Shown in pieces: positions 19,415 to 34,200 of a stretch of 64,000 bases of DNA; positions within the stretch are counted from its first letter, which is position 1, and every line of letters begins with the position of its first letter. Origin of the DNA: Gammaproteobacteria bacterium. GTDB taxonomy: Bacteria; Pseudomonadota; Gammaproteobacteria; SZUA-229. The stretch spans positions 6,724 through 70,723 of the forward strand of contig JAOUNI010000005.1 of the NCBI GenBank assembly GCA_029881035.1, in the 5' to 3' direction. The notes under the pieces were generated by a model. The model worked only from the letters and a program-made list of their open reading frames with translations. It did not search any database and had not been told where the DNA came from. Both the position numbers and the translations under genes were made by a program.

Positions 19415-20202
19415 CGCGAGTATTATCACTGGCAAATCAGAAAGGCGGCGTAGGCAAAACTACGACCAGCGTTAATCTTGCGGCATCACTGGCGGCGACC
19501 AAGCGTAAGGTGCTGCTGATCGATCTCGATCCACAGGGCAATGCCACCATGGGTGTAGGCGTTGATAAACACGAGTTAAAAGAAACGTTTTGCGATGTGT
19601 TGCTGTCCGGCCTGGATGCGCGCAGTTGTGTGCATCATCTTGAAACTATTGGTATCGATTTGTTGCCGGCTAATGCTGATTTAACTGCTGCCGAAGTCGA
19701 GCTAATGCGCAGTGACAATGCGCAGAACCGCATGAAAGACGCGATTGATTTAATTAAAGAAGATTACGAATACGTGTTGATTGATTGTCCGCCGGCTTTG
19801 AATATGCTGACCCTGAATGCATTGGTCGCTTCGGATGGTGTAATTATTCCTATGCAGTGTGAGTATTATGCGCTGGAAGGTTTGAGTCAGCTGATGGATA
19901 CAATCAACCAGGTCAGGGCATCGGTGAACCCAAATTTAGAAGTTGAAGGTTTGTTGAGAACCATGTTTGATCCACGAAATATGCTGGCTAAAGATGTCTC
20001 AAATCAGCTTATCGAGCACTTTGGTGACAAGGTGTATCGCACCATAGTGCCCCGCAATGTGCGTTTGGCTGAGGCGCCCAGTTATGGTTTGCCTGCATTG
20101 CTGTATGAAAAAACCTCGAGTGGAGCATTGGCTTATCTGGCACTGGCAGGTGAGATGTTGCGTCGGAAAAGTCCAGGTATGATGGCTAGAGCTGCCTCAT
20201 AA
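19411..20202 (+). CDS. parA: Chromosome partitioning ATPase ParA
   Basis: Deviant Walker A NQKGGVGKTTT. Confidence 0.95.
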   Translation: MTRVLSLANQKGGVGKTTTSVNLAASLAATKRKVLLIDLDPQGNATMGVGVDKHELKETFCDVLLSGLDARSCVHHLETIGIDLLPANADLTAAEVELMRSDNAQNRMKDAIDLIKEDYEYVLIDCPPALNMLTLNALVASDGVIIPMQCEYYALEGLSQLMDTINQVRASVNPNLEVEGLLRTMFDPRNMLAKDVSNQLIEHFGDKVYRTIVPRNVRLAEAPSYGLPALLYEKTSSGALAYLALAGEMLRRKSPGMMARAAS

Positions 20203-20232
20203 TTTTTAAGACTACAAAATATTTAAGAGATT

Positions 20233-21096
20233 ATGGCAACAAAGAAAAGAGGATTAGGTCGAGGTCTGAATGCGCTACTCGGCGGTAGTGAAACCGTTGA
20301 AGCGATGGTGACGCCACAACGAGGTGATGAGCTAAAAGATGTTGATGTTGATTTAATACAGCGCGGCCCATGGCAGCCACGAACCCATTTTGATGAAGAG
20401 GCCTTACAGGAGCTGGCGGATTCAATCAGTACTCAGGGCGTGGTGCAGCCAATAGTATTGAGAGTTGCGGCAGGCGGTCGCTATGAAATCGTTGCCGGTG
20501 AGCGTCGCTGGCGTGCTTCACAGTTGGCAGGACTGGATAAAGTACCAGCCGTCATTAAGCATTTTGATGATCAAACAGCGGCTGCGGTATCGTTGATCGA
20601 GAATATTCAGCGTGAAAATTTGAATCCGCTGGAAGAGTCTACCGCCTTGTTGCGGCTGATGAATGATTTTGAAATGACGCATCAGGAAATCGCCGACAGT
20701 GTAGGACGTTCCAGGGCGTCGGTCAGTAATTTGCTGCGTCTGCAGGATTTAAATGCTGATGTAAAAGAGCTGTTGAGTTGCCGTGATATAGAAATGGGGC
20801 ATGCGCGTGCTTTATTAGGCATTACCGGTAATGCCCAGAGTACGCTGGCTCGTCAGGTGGCAAAAAAGGGCTTGTCGGTGCGTGAAACCGAACAGCTGGT
20901 GCGCCGGGCGTTGAATCCCGCGGTTAAGCCTAAGCCAGTGAGAAAAGATCCGGATATTAGCAAGCTGGAAACAGATCTTTCCGAATGTCTGGGTGCGTCC
21001 GTTCATATCAAGCAAAAAGCGAAGGGTAAGGGCGCTATTGAGATTAGTTATAACAGTCTTGATGAGCTGGAAGGTATATTGGCGAAAATACAGTAA
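20233..21096 (+). CDS. parB: Chromosome partitioning protein ParB
   Basis: ParB box GERRWRA and ..IENIQRENLNPLEE.., plus an HTH segment. Confidence 0.95.
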   Translation: MATKKRGLGRGLNALLGGSETVEAMVTPQRGDELKDVDVDLIQRGPWQPRTHFDEEALQELADSISTQGVVQPIVLRVAAGGRYEIVAGERRWRASQLAGLDKVPAVIKHFDDQTAAAVSLIENIQRENLNPLEESTALLRLMNDFEMTHQEIADSVGRSRASVSNLLRLQDLNADVKELLSCRDIEMGHARALLGITGNAQSTLARQVAKKGLSVRETEQLVRRALNPAVKPKPVRKDPDISKLETDLSECLGASVHIKQKAKGKGAIEISYNSLDELEGILAKIQ

Positions 21097-21097
21097 G

Positions 21098-21159
21098 ACC
21101 CATGGTAACAATGGTTTTGCTGCTGAGAAGAGGGCGAGAAACCATTATTAGTCATGGGT
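21098..21159 (+). other. Long imperfect hairpin directly after parB (possible terminator or attenuator)
   Basis: Arms acccatg..aatggttt / aaaccatt..catgggt around a ~21-nt loop, with no clear T-tract. Confidence 0.3.
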
Positions 21160-21178
21160 TTATTAGCAAATGGTTATC

Positions 21179-21207
21179 TTGACTTGGGTAGACACAGTCT
21201 ATAGAAT
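21179..21207 (+). promoter_or_regulatory. Sigma70-type promoter candidate for the atp operon
   Basis: TTGACT (21179..21184), a 17-nt spacer, then TAGAAT (21202..21207), about 100 nt upstream of atpI. Confidence 0.5.
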
Positions 21208-21304
21208 TTGCGCGCTCAGTTGTCTGCGCGTTTTGTATTTTGCATGCAGCCTATTTTAGTGATCAAGTAGATTATCGTGAATTGACGTATTTGGGACGCA
21301 TCAC

Positions 21305-22602
<1,298 letters not shown>

Positions 22603-22636
22603 CAGATTTTTTAATTAAAGAATTTAATTTTACTAG

Positions 22637-22888
<252 letters not shown>

Positions 22889-22915
22889 GTTCAAGCTAAC
22901 ACACGGTACTAGCGT

Positions 22916-23386
22916 ATGAATATTAATTTAACGCTGATTGGTCAGTCGATCACTTTTGCGATTTTCGTATGGTTTTGTTATGCCTACGTATGGCCGCCAT
23001 TGGTGAATGCGCTTGCTGAACGCAAAAAGCAAATTTCCGAAGGTCTAGCCGCTGCAGAGCGTGGCCAGCATGAGCAGGAATTGGCTGAAAAGAAAGCAGC
23101 AGAGCATTTGAAAGAAGCTAAAGGTCAGGCCTCAGAAATTATCGTGCAGGCACAGAAACGTGCTTCCGAGATAGTTGATGAGGCAAAAGATGATGCCAGA
23201 TCAGAAGCTGAACGAATTAAAGTCGGTGCAGAAGCGGAGATCAAGCAGGAAATAAATCGCGCTCGTGAGCATCTTCGTCAGCAAGTGGCTGTTCTGGCCA
23301 TTGCTGGTGCAGAAAAGATTCTCAAGAAGGAAGTGAATGCTGAGGCGCATGCGCAGACTTTGAACGCATTGGCTGAGCAGCTTTAG
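22916..23386 (+). CDS. atpF: F0F1 ATP synthase subunit b
   Basis: N-terminal TM helix followed by a long charged helix. Assigned by position in the operon. Confidence 0.94.
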   Translation: MNINLTLIGQSITFAIFVWFCYAYVWPPLVNALAERKKQISEGLAAAERGQHEQELAEKKAAEHLKEAKGQASEIIVQAQKRASEIVDEAKDDARSEAERIKVGAEAEIKQEINRAREHLRQQVAVLAIAGAEKILKKEVNAEAHAQTLNALAEQL

Positions 23387-23396
23387 GCGACAGATC

Positions 23397-23933
23397 ATGG
23401 CAGATTACACCACTTTAGCGCGTCCCTATGCACGAGCCGTTTATCATCAGGCTATTGAAACTTCAGCATTAAGTAGCTGGAGTGATGCGCTGGCGTTGTT
23501 GGCTGCTGTTGTTAATGACGCAGGAATGCTGAGCTTGTTGAGTAAGCCGCAAATCGGTGGCGAACAACAGGCTGAGCTGATGTTGAAAGTGACAGCGGAC
23601 AAACTCAACGTACAACAGCAAAATCTGGTAAAGCTGATGGCTGAAAATGGCCGTTTAAAAGTTTTACCAGAGGTAGCTGAGCAGTTCGAAATTTACCGTG
23701 CAAAAGCAGAAGGTAAAATTGAGGCTGAAGTTAAATCTGCTTTCCCGCTTTCAAAGGAGCAGGAAGAGAGCATTACCAATACGCTTAAAGCCAAATTGGG
23801 CTGTGAAGTGACTATCACTACCGTCATCGATGAGTCATTGATTGGTGGTGTGGTTATCAAGGCCGGAGATACTATTATCGATGGCTCAATGAAATCCCAG
23901 CTAGAGTCGCTGGCGCTAACATTGAGTCGTTAA
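23397..23933 (+). CDS. atpH: F0F1 ATP synthase subunit delta
   Basis: 178 aa. Assigned by operon position. The ..LIGGVVIKAGDTIIDGS.. C-terminus fits. Confidence 0.94.
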   Translation: MADYTTLARPYARAVYHQAIETSALSSWSDALALLAAVVNDAGMLSLLSKPQIGGEQQAELMLKVTADKLNVQQQNLVKLMAENGRLKVLPEVAEQFEIYRAKAEGKIEAEVKSAFPLSKEQEESITNTLKAKLGCEVTITTVIDESLIGGVVIKAGDTIIDGSMKSQLESLALTLSR

Positions 23934-23945
23934 GAGGAAAAAGAA

Positions 23946-25487
23946 ATGCAGCTGAATCCATCAGAAATCAGTGAACTGATTAAATCAAGAATCGAAAGTT
24001 TTGATTCTTCCGTAGAAGCTCGTACCGAAGGTACCGTGGTTAGTTTGAATGACGGTATTTTACGTATTCACGGCCTGGCTGATGCCATGCAGGGTGAAAT
24101 GATCGAGCTACCTGGCGATACCTATGCCATGGCTTTGAATCTGGAGCGCGATTCAGTTGGCGCCGTGGTGCTTGGTTCTTATGGCCATTTGTCAGAAGGC
24201 GATACCGCTAAATGTACAGGTCGTATTCTTGAAGTACCTATCGGTAATGGTCTTCTGGGTCGTGTGGTTGATGCGCTGGGTAATCCCATTGATGGTAAAG
24301 GCCCAATTGATTCAAATGAAACTGCTCCGATTGAAAAAATCGCACCCGGTGTAATTGAACGTAAATCAGTGGATCAACCGGTACAAACTGGTCTGAAATC
24401 AATCGACGCGATGGTGCCAGTTGGACGTGGTCAGCGTGAGCTGATTATTGGTGACCGCCAGACAGGTAAAACGGCAGTGGCGATTGATGCGATTATCAAT
24501 CAGGCGAACACCGGCGTTAAATGTATTTATGTGGCAGTTGGTCAGAAGGCATCGACTGTTGCAAACATCGTGCGCAAACTGGAAGAGCATGGCGCGATGG
24601 AGCACACCATTATTGTTGCCGCAAGTGCTGCTGAATCGGCTGCCATGCAGTACATTGCGCCTTACTCAGGCTGCACCATGGGTGAATACTTCCGTGACCG
24701 CGGTCAGGATGCATTGATCGTATTTGACGACTTGACCAAACAGGCGTGGGCGTATCGTCAGGTTTCATTGTTGCTGCGTCGTCCACCAGGACGTGAAGCT
24801 TATCCCGGTGACGTTTTCTATTTGCATTCACGTCTGCTTGAGCGTGCTTCACGCGTTAGTGCTGACTACGTAGAAAAATTTACCAATGGTGAAGTGAAAG
24901 GTCAGACTGGTTCATTAACAGCACTGCCTATTATTGAAACTCAGGATGGTGACGTTTCTGCATTCGTACCAACCAACGTAATTTCGATTACTGATGGCCA
25001 GATCTTCCTGGAATCAGACTTGTTTAACGCCGGTATTCGTCCAGCGATTAATGCAGGTTTATCTGTATCTCGCGTGGGTGGTTCAGCACAAACCAGTATC
25101 ATTAAAAAACTGGGCGGTGGTGTTCGTCTGGCATTGGCGCAGTACCGTGAATTGGCCGCTTTTGCGCAGTTTGCTTCAGACCTGGACGAAACAACACGTG
25201 CACAGTTGTCACGTGGTGAGCGCGTCACTGAGTTGATGAAACAGGCTCAGTACTCACCGATGTCAGTTGCAGAAATGGCGTTGTCATTGTTTATGGCTAA
25301 TGAAGGTTACATGGATGATGTGCCTGTTAAGAAAATTGTTGATTTCGAAGCCGCTATGATTGCGCACGTGAAGAGTAACAATGCAGACCTGCTGGCAAAG
25401 ATCAATGAAACCGGTGCATACAATGATGAGATTGTGGCCGGCATGCGCGCAGCGTTGGATGACTTTAAAGCGAAGAGCGCATTTTAG
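23946..25487 (+). CDS. atpA: F0F1 ATP synthase subunit alpha
   Basis: Walker A GDRQTGKT, 513 aa. Confidence 0.98.
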   Translation: MQLNPSEISELIKSRIESFDSSVEARTEGTVVSLNDGILRIHGLADAMQGEMIELPGDTYAMALNLERDSVGAVVLGSYGHLSEGDTAKCTGRILEVPIGNGLLGRVVDALGNPIDGKGPIDSNETAPIEKIAPGVIERKSVDQPVQTGLKSIDAMVPVGRGQRELIIGDRQTGKTAVAIDAIINQANTGVKCIYVAVGQKASTVANIVRKLEEHGAMEHTIIVAASAAESAAMQYIAPYSGCTMGEYFRDRGQDALIVFDDLTKQAWAYRQVSLLLRRPPGREAYPGDVFYLHSRLLERASRVSADYVEKFTNGEVKGQTGSLTALPIIETQDGDVSAFVPTNVISITDGQIFLESDLFNAGIRPAINAGLSVSRVGGSAQTSIIKKLGGGVRLALAQYRELAAFAQFASDLDETTRAQLSRGERVTELMKQAQYSPMSVAEMALSLFMANEGYMDDVPVKKIVDFEAAMIAHVKSNNADLLAKINETGAYNDEIVAGMRAALDDFKAKSAF

Positions 25488-25521
25488 GATCTGCGGTTAA
25501 ACAGAGATAACAGGTAGATAA

Positions 25522-26385
25522 ATGGCAGGTGCAAAAGAAATTCGCAATAAGATCGGCAGCGTAAAAAATACGCAAAAGATCACAAAGGCGATGGAAATGG
25601 TTGCGGCAAGCAAGATGCGCAAGGCACAGGATCGCATGCGCGCAGCCAGGCCATATGCAGAAAAAATTAATAATGTTCTAGCGCATTTGGCGCAGGCGCA
25701 TCCAGAGTATAAGCACCCCTATCTGAGCGAACGTGAAGAAGTAAAACGCGTTGGTTATATTGTGGTAACCACTGATCGTGGTTTATGTGGCGGTTTAAAT
25801 ACTAATATATTCAAAACGGCTGTCAGTGAAATGGCGGCATGGGATGCGAAGGGCGTTGAAGTTGACGTCTGTGCGATTGGTAAAAAAGCCATTGGTTTTT
25901 TCAGTCGCTTCAAGGCCAAAGTGGTTGCCGAAGCGAGTAACCTGGGTGACACGCCAAGCATGGATACACTGATCGGTGCAGTTAAGGTGATGCTCGATGC
26001 GTATGATGAAGGCAAGATTGATCGCCTGTTCCTGGTTTCTAACGATTTTGTAAATACCATGACGCAAGCGCCAAACAACCATCAATTGATTCCTGTTAAA
26101 GGCATGATGGATAAAGAACTGACTCATCACTGGGATTACATCTATGAGCCAGAGTCAAAGCCAATTATTGATGGTCTGATGTTCCGCTTTATCGAGTCTC
26201 AGGTTTATCGTGCAGTAGTCGAAAATATTGCTTGTGAAATGTCTGCCAGAATGATGGCGATGAAGAGCGCGACCGATAATGCTGGCGATATTATTAAAGA
26301 GCTACAAACCATATACAACAAAGCAAGACAGGCTGCGATTACTCAGGAAATTTCCGAGATCGTCAGCGGCGCGGCCGCAGTTTAA
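25522..26385 (+). CDS. atpG: F0F1 ATP synthase subunit gamma
   Basis: N-terminus [31 protein letters not shown]. Confidence 0.97.
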   Translation: MAGAKEIRNKIGSVKNTQKITKAMEMVAASKMRKAQDRMRAARPYAEKINNVLAHLAQAHPEYKHPYLSEREEVKRVGYIVVTTDRGLCGGLNTNIFKTAVSEMAAWDAKGVEVDVCAIGKKAIGFFSRFKAKVVAEASNLGDTPSMDTLIGAVKVMLDAYDEGKIDRLFLVSNDFVNTMTQAPNNHQLIPVKGMMDKELTHHWDYIYEPESKPIIDGLMFRFIESQVYRAVVENIACEMSARMMAMKSATDNAGDIIKELQTIYNKARQAAITQEISEIVSGAAAV

Positions 26386-26389
26386 TTAA

Positions 26390-27832
<1,443 letters not shown>

Positions 27833-27854
27833 CCGCGAGCCGGGGCCCTAGATT

Positions 27855-28274
27855 ATGGCAATGACCATGCATGTTGATATCGTAAGCGCCGAAGTTGAAA
27901 TATACTCCGGTACTATCACTGAGCTTTATGCGCCAGCAGAAATGGGTGAGGTGGGTATTATGCCCAGACATGCCCCGTTGCTGACCAAAATGAAGCCAGG
28001 TGAAGTACGGATAGTTGATCAACAAGGTGAAGTACAATCATTTTTCGTCAATGGTGGCATTCTTGAGGTTCAGCCTCACATCGTTACTATTCTTTCTGAT
28101 ACCGCGATGCGTGCTGCTGACCTTGATGAAGCAGCGGCGATGGAAGTTAAGGCGAAAGCTGAGGCTGCCATGGCAGATAAGAAAACAGATTATGATTATG
28201 CGCGTGCTAAAGCTGAGCTGATTGAAGCGGTTGCTCAGATTGAGACTATTAACAGGTTAAGGAAGAGAAAATAA
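27855..28274 (+). CDS. atpC: F0F1 ATP synthase subunit epsilon
   Basis: 139 aa, last gene of the atp operon. Confidence 0.95.
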   Translation: MAMTMHVDIVSAEVEIYSGTITELYAPAEMGEVGIMPRHAPLLTKMKPGEVRIVDQQGEVQSFFVNGGILEVQPHIVTILSDTAMRAADLDEAAAMEVKAKAEAAMADKKTDYDYARAKAELIEAVAQIETINRLRKRK

Positions 28275-28312
28275 GTAGTCTGGCAGAAACTAAGTGGTGA
28301 ATCAGCTAAACT

Positions 28313-28344
28313 AAAAAGGTCGGTTAATATACCGGCCTTTTTTT
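28313..28344 (+). terminator. Rho-independent terminator of the atp operon
   Basis: aaaaaggtcggt-taatat-accggccttttttt: an 8-bp stem (one G-U pair) followed by a T7 tract. Confidence 0.8.
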
Positions 28345-28384
28345 ATGCATAATGTAAAGCATTTATAAACATGGTAGATATAGT

Positions 28385-29746
28385 ATGAATTTGTCAGTCA
28401 TTATTCTTGCAGCAGGACAGGGCACAAGAATGAAATCATCATTACCCAAGGTGATGCATCGTATTGCGGGTATACCTATGTTGGAACACGTCTATCGACG
28501 AAGTCTGGAACTGGGTGCTGATGATATTCATGTGGTTTACGGTCATGGTGGTGAGCATTTGCGTGAAACTTGCTCGGATTTTGATGTTGATTGGGTATTG
28601 CAACAGGCTCAGCTGGGTACTGCGCATGCCGTGCAACAAGCTAGTCCAAAAATAAATTCAGAATCAACTGTACTGGTTTTGTACGGTGACGTGCCACTGA
28701 TTAAAACAGAAACATTGAGAGCACTGATCGAAAAAGTCAGTGATAATAATATCGCCCTGCTGACAGTGGATCTGGATGAGCCAGCAGGTTATGGTCGAAT
28801 AGTTAGAGATAATGGCAAAGTGATCAGCATCGTTGAGCATAAGGATGCTAGCGAAGATCAAAGACAGATAAAGGAAGTGAATACCGGCATTCTTGCAATG
28901 CGCGCAGGTTATTTAAATGAATGCCTGAGTAAAATTGATAATAATAATTCACAGGGTGAATATTATTTAACAGACATAATTGCACTGGCGGTGGCAGATG
29001 GAAATGCAGTTTTCACAGCACAACCTGAGAATAGCTATGAAGTGGAAGGTGTGAATGATAGAAAGCAACTGGCCAGGCTGGAAAGAATTCATCAGTGCGA
29101 GATGGTAGAAAAAATAATGTTGCAGGGTGTTACTGTGGCAGATCCTGCACGAGTAGATATTCGCGGTGAGATAAAAATAGGTAAAGATTCATTTATTGAT
29201 ATCAACACTATTTTTGAAGGCAATGTAGAGATTGGCTGCAATGTTGTGATTGGTGCAGGTTGTGTCATCAGTAACTGCAAGATTGGCGATGGCTGCAATA
29301 TCAAACCATATTCAGTAGTTGAAAGTGCGGTTATAGAAAAAAATGTGGATGTTGGACCGTTTGCGCGCTTGAGGCCCGGCACGCATTTATTGGATAACAG
29401 TAAAGTTGGTAATTTTGTAGAAATAAAAAATACTTTTCTTGGTGAGGGTAGCAAGGTCAGTCATTTGAGTTATCTGGGTGACAGCGAGATAGGTCGTGAT
29501 GTAAATATTGGTGCGGGTACCATTACCTGTAATTATGATGGCGCTAATAAACACAAAACTATCATCAAGGATGGTGCCTTTATCGGTTCAGATACTCAGT
29601 TGGTTGCACCTGTTACTATTGGTAAGGATGCAACAATCGGTGCAGGCTCCACCATCACCAAAGATACTGATGATGATAGTCTGACACTGAGTCGCACAGT
29701 ACAAAAGACTATTAAAGGTTGGCAGCGACCAACGAAGAAAAAATAA
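28385..29746 (+). CDS. glmU: Bifunctional UDP-N-acetylglucosamine pyrophosphorylase / GlcN-1-P acetyltransferase
   Basis: LAAGQGTRMKS motif and C-terminal left-handed beta-helix hexapeptide repeats. Confidence 0.97.
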   Translation: MNLSVIILAAGQGTRMKSSLPKVMHRIAGIPMLEHVYRRSLELGADDIHVVYGHGGEHLRETCSDFDVDWVLQQAQLGTAHAVQQASPKINSESTVLVLYGDVPLIKTETLRALIEKVSDNNIALLTVDLDEPAGYGRIVRDNGKVISIVEHKDASEDQRQIKEVNTGILAMRAGYLNECLSKIDNNNSQGEYYLTDIIALAVADGNAVFTAQPENSYEVEGVNDRKQLARLERIHQCEMVEKIMLQGVTVADPARVDIRGEIKIGKDSFIDINTIFEGNVEIGCNVVIGAGCVISNCKIGDGCNIKPYSVVESAVIEKNVDVGPFARLRPGTHLLDNSKVGNFVEIKNTFLGEGSKVSHLSYLGDSEIGRDVNIGAGTITCNYDGANKHKTIIKDGAFIGSDTQLVAPVTIGKDATIGAGSTITKDTDDDSLTLSRTVQKTIKGWQRPTKKK

Positions 29747-29764
29747 AAGTTGTTTAAGGTGTAA

Positions 29765-30943
29765 TTATTCAGGCAGCTTAAAGGAAGACATACCATTACC
29801 GTTTTCTTCGTTTTCTTCTTCTTCATCAGCCAGTAAGCTTAGGCCGCCATGGTCGTCTTTATCGTCAGAGCTGCCTTTCTCTCCTTTTTTAGCCAATTCA
29901 ATTTTGAGGCGTAGATTATTAGCGCCGTCTGCATTCTTGAGTGCCTCGTCGAGAGATATTTTACCGGCGTTATAAAGGCTATAAAGTGCCATATCAAAAG
30001 TCTGCATACCCATGGTGGCAGATTTTTCCATCACTTCTTTAATTTCAAGAATTTCCCCTTCTTTGATTAGGTCGGCGATACGGGGTGAATTCAATAAAAT
30101 CTCAATAGCAGCACAGCGTTTTTTATCAACCGTAGGAATAAGACGTTGTGAAACAAAACATTGCAGGTTAATAGAAAGGTCACTAAGAAGAGACTGGCGT
30201 TTTTCTTCGGGGAAGAAATTAATAATACGATCAAGAGCCTGGTTGGCATTATTGGCATGCAATGTTGAAATAGCCAGATGTCCTGTTTCGGCAAAGGCTA
30301 GCGCATGCTCCATGGTTTCACGGTCACGGATTTCGCCGATAAGGATCACGTCGGGTGCCTGACGCAGCGTATTTTTAAGGGCGTCTTCAAATGAATCGGT
30401 ATCCATGCCTACTTCACGTTGGTTGATTATGCAGCCGCGATGCTGGTGGACAAATTCGATGGGGTCTTCAATAGTAATGATGTGTCCCTTGGAGTTCCTG
30501 TTGCGATGGTCAATCAGTGCAGCCAGTGACGTAGATTTACCAGAGCCGGTACCACCAACAAACAGAATAAGACCGCGCTTAAACATAATAACTTTAGTTA
30601 ATACATCAGGCAGTCCGAGATCTTTAAGGTTAGGTATTTCAGTGACAATATTACGAATAACCATTGAAAATTCGTTACGTTGTTTGAAAATATTAACGCG
30701 AAAACGGCCGATATTAGGCAGTGAAAGTGCCAGATTCATTTCTGGTTTATTGCGAAATTGCTCACGCTGTTTATCACTCATGATTTCATTAGCAAGACCT
30801 TCGACCCATCCAGGTGGCGCTGGGTCCTTACCCAGGGGGGTCAGTACGCCGCTGAATTTTGCACTGGGCGGGGCTCCTGTCGATAAATAGAGATCAGAGC
30901 CGCCTTTTTCGGCGAGAATTTTTAAAAGAGGTGTAACTTTCAT
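29765..30943 (-). CDS. pilU: PilU-type type IV pilus ATPase (PilT family) with acidic C-terminal tail
   Basis: Walker A GGTGSGKST. PilU-like ..GMQTFDMAL.. and ..NNLRLKIEL... The tail is ..SSDDKDDHGGLSLLADEEEENEENG... Confidence 0.8.
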   Translation of the reverse strand: MKVTPLLKILAEKGGSDLYLSTGAPPSAKFSGVLTPLGKDPAPPGWVEGLANEIMSDKQREQFRNKPEMNLALSLPNIGRFRVNIFKQRNEFSMVIRNIVTEIPNLKDLGLPDVLTKVIMFKRGLILFVGGTGSGKSTSLAALIDHRNRNSKGHIITIEDPIEFVHQHRGCIINQREVGMDTDSFEDALKNTLRQAPDVILIGEIRDRETMEHALAFAETGHLAISTLHANNANQALDRIINFFPEEKRQSLLSDLSINLQCFVSQRLIPTVDKKRCAAIEILLNSPRIADLIKEGEILEIKEVMEKSATMGMQTFDMALYSLYNAGKISLDEALKNADGANNLRLKIELAKKGEKGSSDDKDDHGGLSLLADEEEENEENGNGMSSFKLPE

Positions 30944-31218
30944 GAAAATGTAATCTGCTTATAACGTTGGGCGTGTAAGTATAGCGATTGTTAGACAATT
31001 TGGAACACCCAAATAAGTATGGTTAATGATATATCTACAATAAACGCACCATATAGGTGCGAAAAAAAGATTTATGCATCAGGTAATTATTTAAGTTATT
31101 GTTATTAAAGTAAAACCTGGTAAATATATAAATGAAGGTGGTAATTCATGTGGATATCTAGTCAGTAGATACATAAAATGTCTATCCACGAAGTTAATGT
31201 CACAAAGAGAGGCTAATT

Positions 31219-34200
31219 TTGGCGACAGTAATGAAAGAAGAAGATATGTATGTATGTCCGGATAGGCGAGTAAAGGATAAGCGTCAGATCAGGTTGCAGA
31301 ATATTTGCCTGCAACTTGCGGCTATGGGACATAAATGCCAGTTGGGCACAGAAGGCAGCTATTTATCAGTTGCAGATAGTCTGATTAAAAATTATTCGGA
31401 GTTTCGTCGTTTATTTGCAGAATATCGTTGTCCTGCCGACCAGCGTATACAAGATTATCTAAATAATTATCTGGAGCGCAATGGAGTAGATATAAAGATA
31501 AAACTGCCCTCTGAGGTCTTTTCCTTAAATGAACCAGGTCTGGCGAGAGAATTATCACTACCATTAGGTGGCAATAAATATAAATCAGACTTGCTGGAAT
31601 CCTATCGGGTTAAGCAGGGTGTGTTACACAACCCAAAAAATGATCGACGCACTACCTCGGGTGTGTTCCATATTGTTGAAGGTGGTCTGCCAATACCTGC
31701 TGATAAGAAATCAGTTCCTGTTGATGTTTATGCAAATCTATTACAAATAGCACTGGATCCACCCAGTGACCTTATGGAATTGCCTATTTCTGGGGGCTTG
31801 TCAAAACCAATAAATATTTGGGTATCATTATTATTGAGGCCGATTGTACGTCCGGAAGTTGAAGGTGTGTTACCTGAGAAAACACTGGAAACGCGGTTTT
31901 TTGCTCCCGGTGGTTTAGTGGCTAATCTAGACTTTGTGGAGTCAATTTTTGGCAATGGCGGTGATCCATTTTTATCAGAAAATGATGCGGCTCTTGATAT
32001 TGACCACTGGACCGGTCATAGCGGCTGCGTGATTTTGGCGCCACACCTGACAAAACTCAGCAAAAAAGCACTGGGGTTACCGCATTATGATGATGCCAGT
32101 GAAAGCCAGCGTGAAGATGGTATGTGCTGGAAAAATGACGATGATTTATACAATGAAGGCAATGCTTTTAAAATAGTGTGCCGTGATATGAAAGGCGTCA
32201 TTGTCACAATTATTGCCGATAATTATTTTGGATATAGTAAAAAGGAAGTTAAATCTCAGATTAGTTATTCAGCTAATTTATTTGGTGGTGTAGAGGAAGA
32301 GCATGCTGGTGGTGCTGTTGCATTCCCGCGTTTTAATTTGGGCGAAAGTTATTTGCCAAAGATAGAAAAGGAAATGCTTAATCACACCTTTTCGTGGATG
32401 TGTAATCAGCACAAGAATCGAATAGAAGTTAAAGAAGAAGGTTATGGAGTTGATAAAAACTGGTCAAATATTTTATATATACCAGAAGATGCGCAGATGG
32501 ATTTACAGGGTCAGTGTATTAGCTGGAAGAAAAATGGCGAGAAAAAACAAATTAAACTGGTCGCAAAATATACATATATTTATCCCAGTGGTTTCCGTGT
32601 CCATTTACAAAAACACCCGCAGGCCCCTAGCTGGCGTTTGATAGGAACGTTGGGTGAAGGCACATTCTGTCATAAGCCAAGTACAGTGTCAGGTGGTGGG
32701 AAATCAGAAATTTCTAAGTCAATACAGGATTCAATGATTTCAGGCCCAGTCTATGTGGGTAATATTGAAGAGGATCTCAATCAAGTTGAAGTTATTTTTA
32801 ACCATGATTACTCAGCAAGGTTTATTAATAAAGAAATAAAAGATGGTAGAAAATTATTAAATAAAGATAGAAGTCTCGGTTCAGTGATTCGTTTGCTGAC
32901 GCCGTCGAAAACAGATTACACTGATGAATATAATGAGTGGTTGGAGAGTATTCCTCAACACATTATAGCGTTGGTGTATTTGATCAAGAGATTTTACAAA
33001 CATGAGTGGAATGGTGATTGGAGAAGACATTTTACAGTTGATGAAGTAAATGGTAATCCAGGTCATGAATTAAAGTTTGATGGCCGTAAACTGGTCACCA
33101 GTTATTTGCGTGTTGGCACACATAGTGACGGAACCTGGCGTATTTATAAGTTGAGACAGGATTTTGTTGCGTCAACAAAAATACAAACTGAGGATGATAT
33201 TAGTGCAACCACGGTCGTGCCAGTTACACAACTGGAAGGACTGAATAATCGCTATAAAGTATCGAGTGTTAAGCTGGTTAAAAATTGTGAGCGCCGATTA
33301 TTCCAACGTCCGGATGATGCCATTATTCGTGGTCATGACAAACAGACAGAGTCTGATCTGGCGGAAGAAGGGAATTTCATATCGAATTTTGAACCATTAA
33401 ACAGCAGTGATGCGCAGGAACTGGTTGATGATGCGGTTAGATTTCAGGAATACTCAGCGCCGATGCAAAAGCTAATTAGTGAAGCGGCAGAAGCAGAGGA
33501 GGATGAGTATTTTGTTTCATCAGCGCATCCAAGACTGGTGGATGGTAAGCCAAGTCAAAATGTCCGTTATTTGCAGATAAGGCCAGACCTGGCCGATGCA
33601 CGTAATTTGTATCTGGCCACAGTGGGCACGAGTTTGTCACGTGGTTTGTCTGCCGATCAACCAGTGTATTTCCCGGTGAATGCCGTCTTGCAAGGGCGTA
33701 GAAATAATCCGCAGGATTTAAAAGCTGGTATCAGGCCGCTGGCTGTCTACAATCCAATTCATTATCAGGAATTGCCAGAATTGTTCATGGAGCTTATCTG
33801 CAGCCTGACTGGTAAGTCACCTTCGACTACTGGTGCTGGTTCAGAGGGCGCTTTGACCAAAGGTCCTTTCAATGCACTGTCGACAACAGCAGATTTAAAT
33901 AATGCTTTAGTGTCGTATGTACTCTGTGGTCATGATGGCTTTAGTAGTGCTGCCGGTTATATTGGTGCACGCCGACGAGTTGATCATGATATTAGTATGC
34001 TGATGCCGGAAATTTGGTGTCGCCTGCCGGTAGTGCAGCGCCAACCTGAATATTTAATAGAAAATGGTTATCTTGAAAAATTAAAAGACTTCACATATGA
34101 AGGAAAAATTGTGAATGCCAGCCGTTTGGGTTATCGCATCACGGAAAAATTTGTACATAGTTTCTTTGGTAAGGTTTTCGATAACCCGATTATTGTTTTT

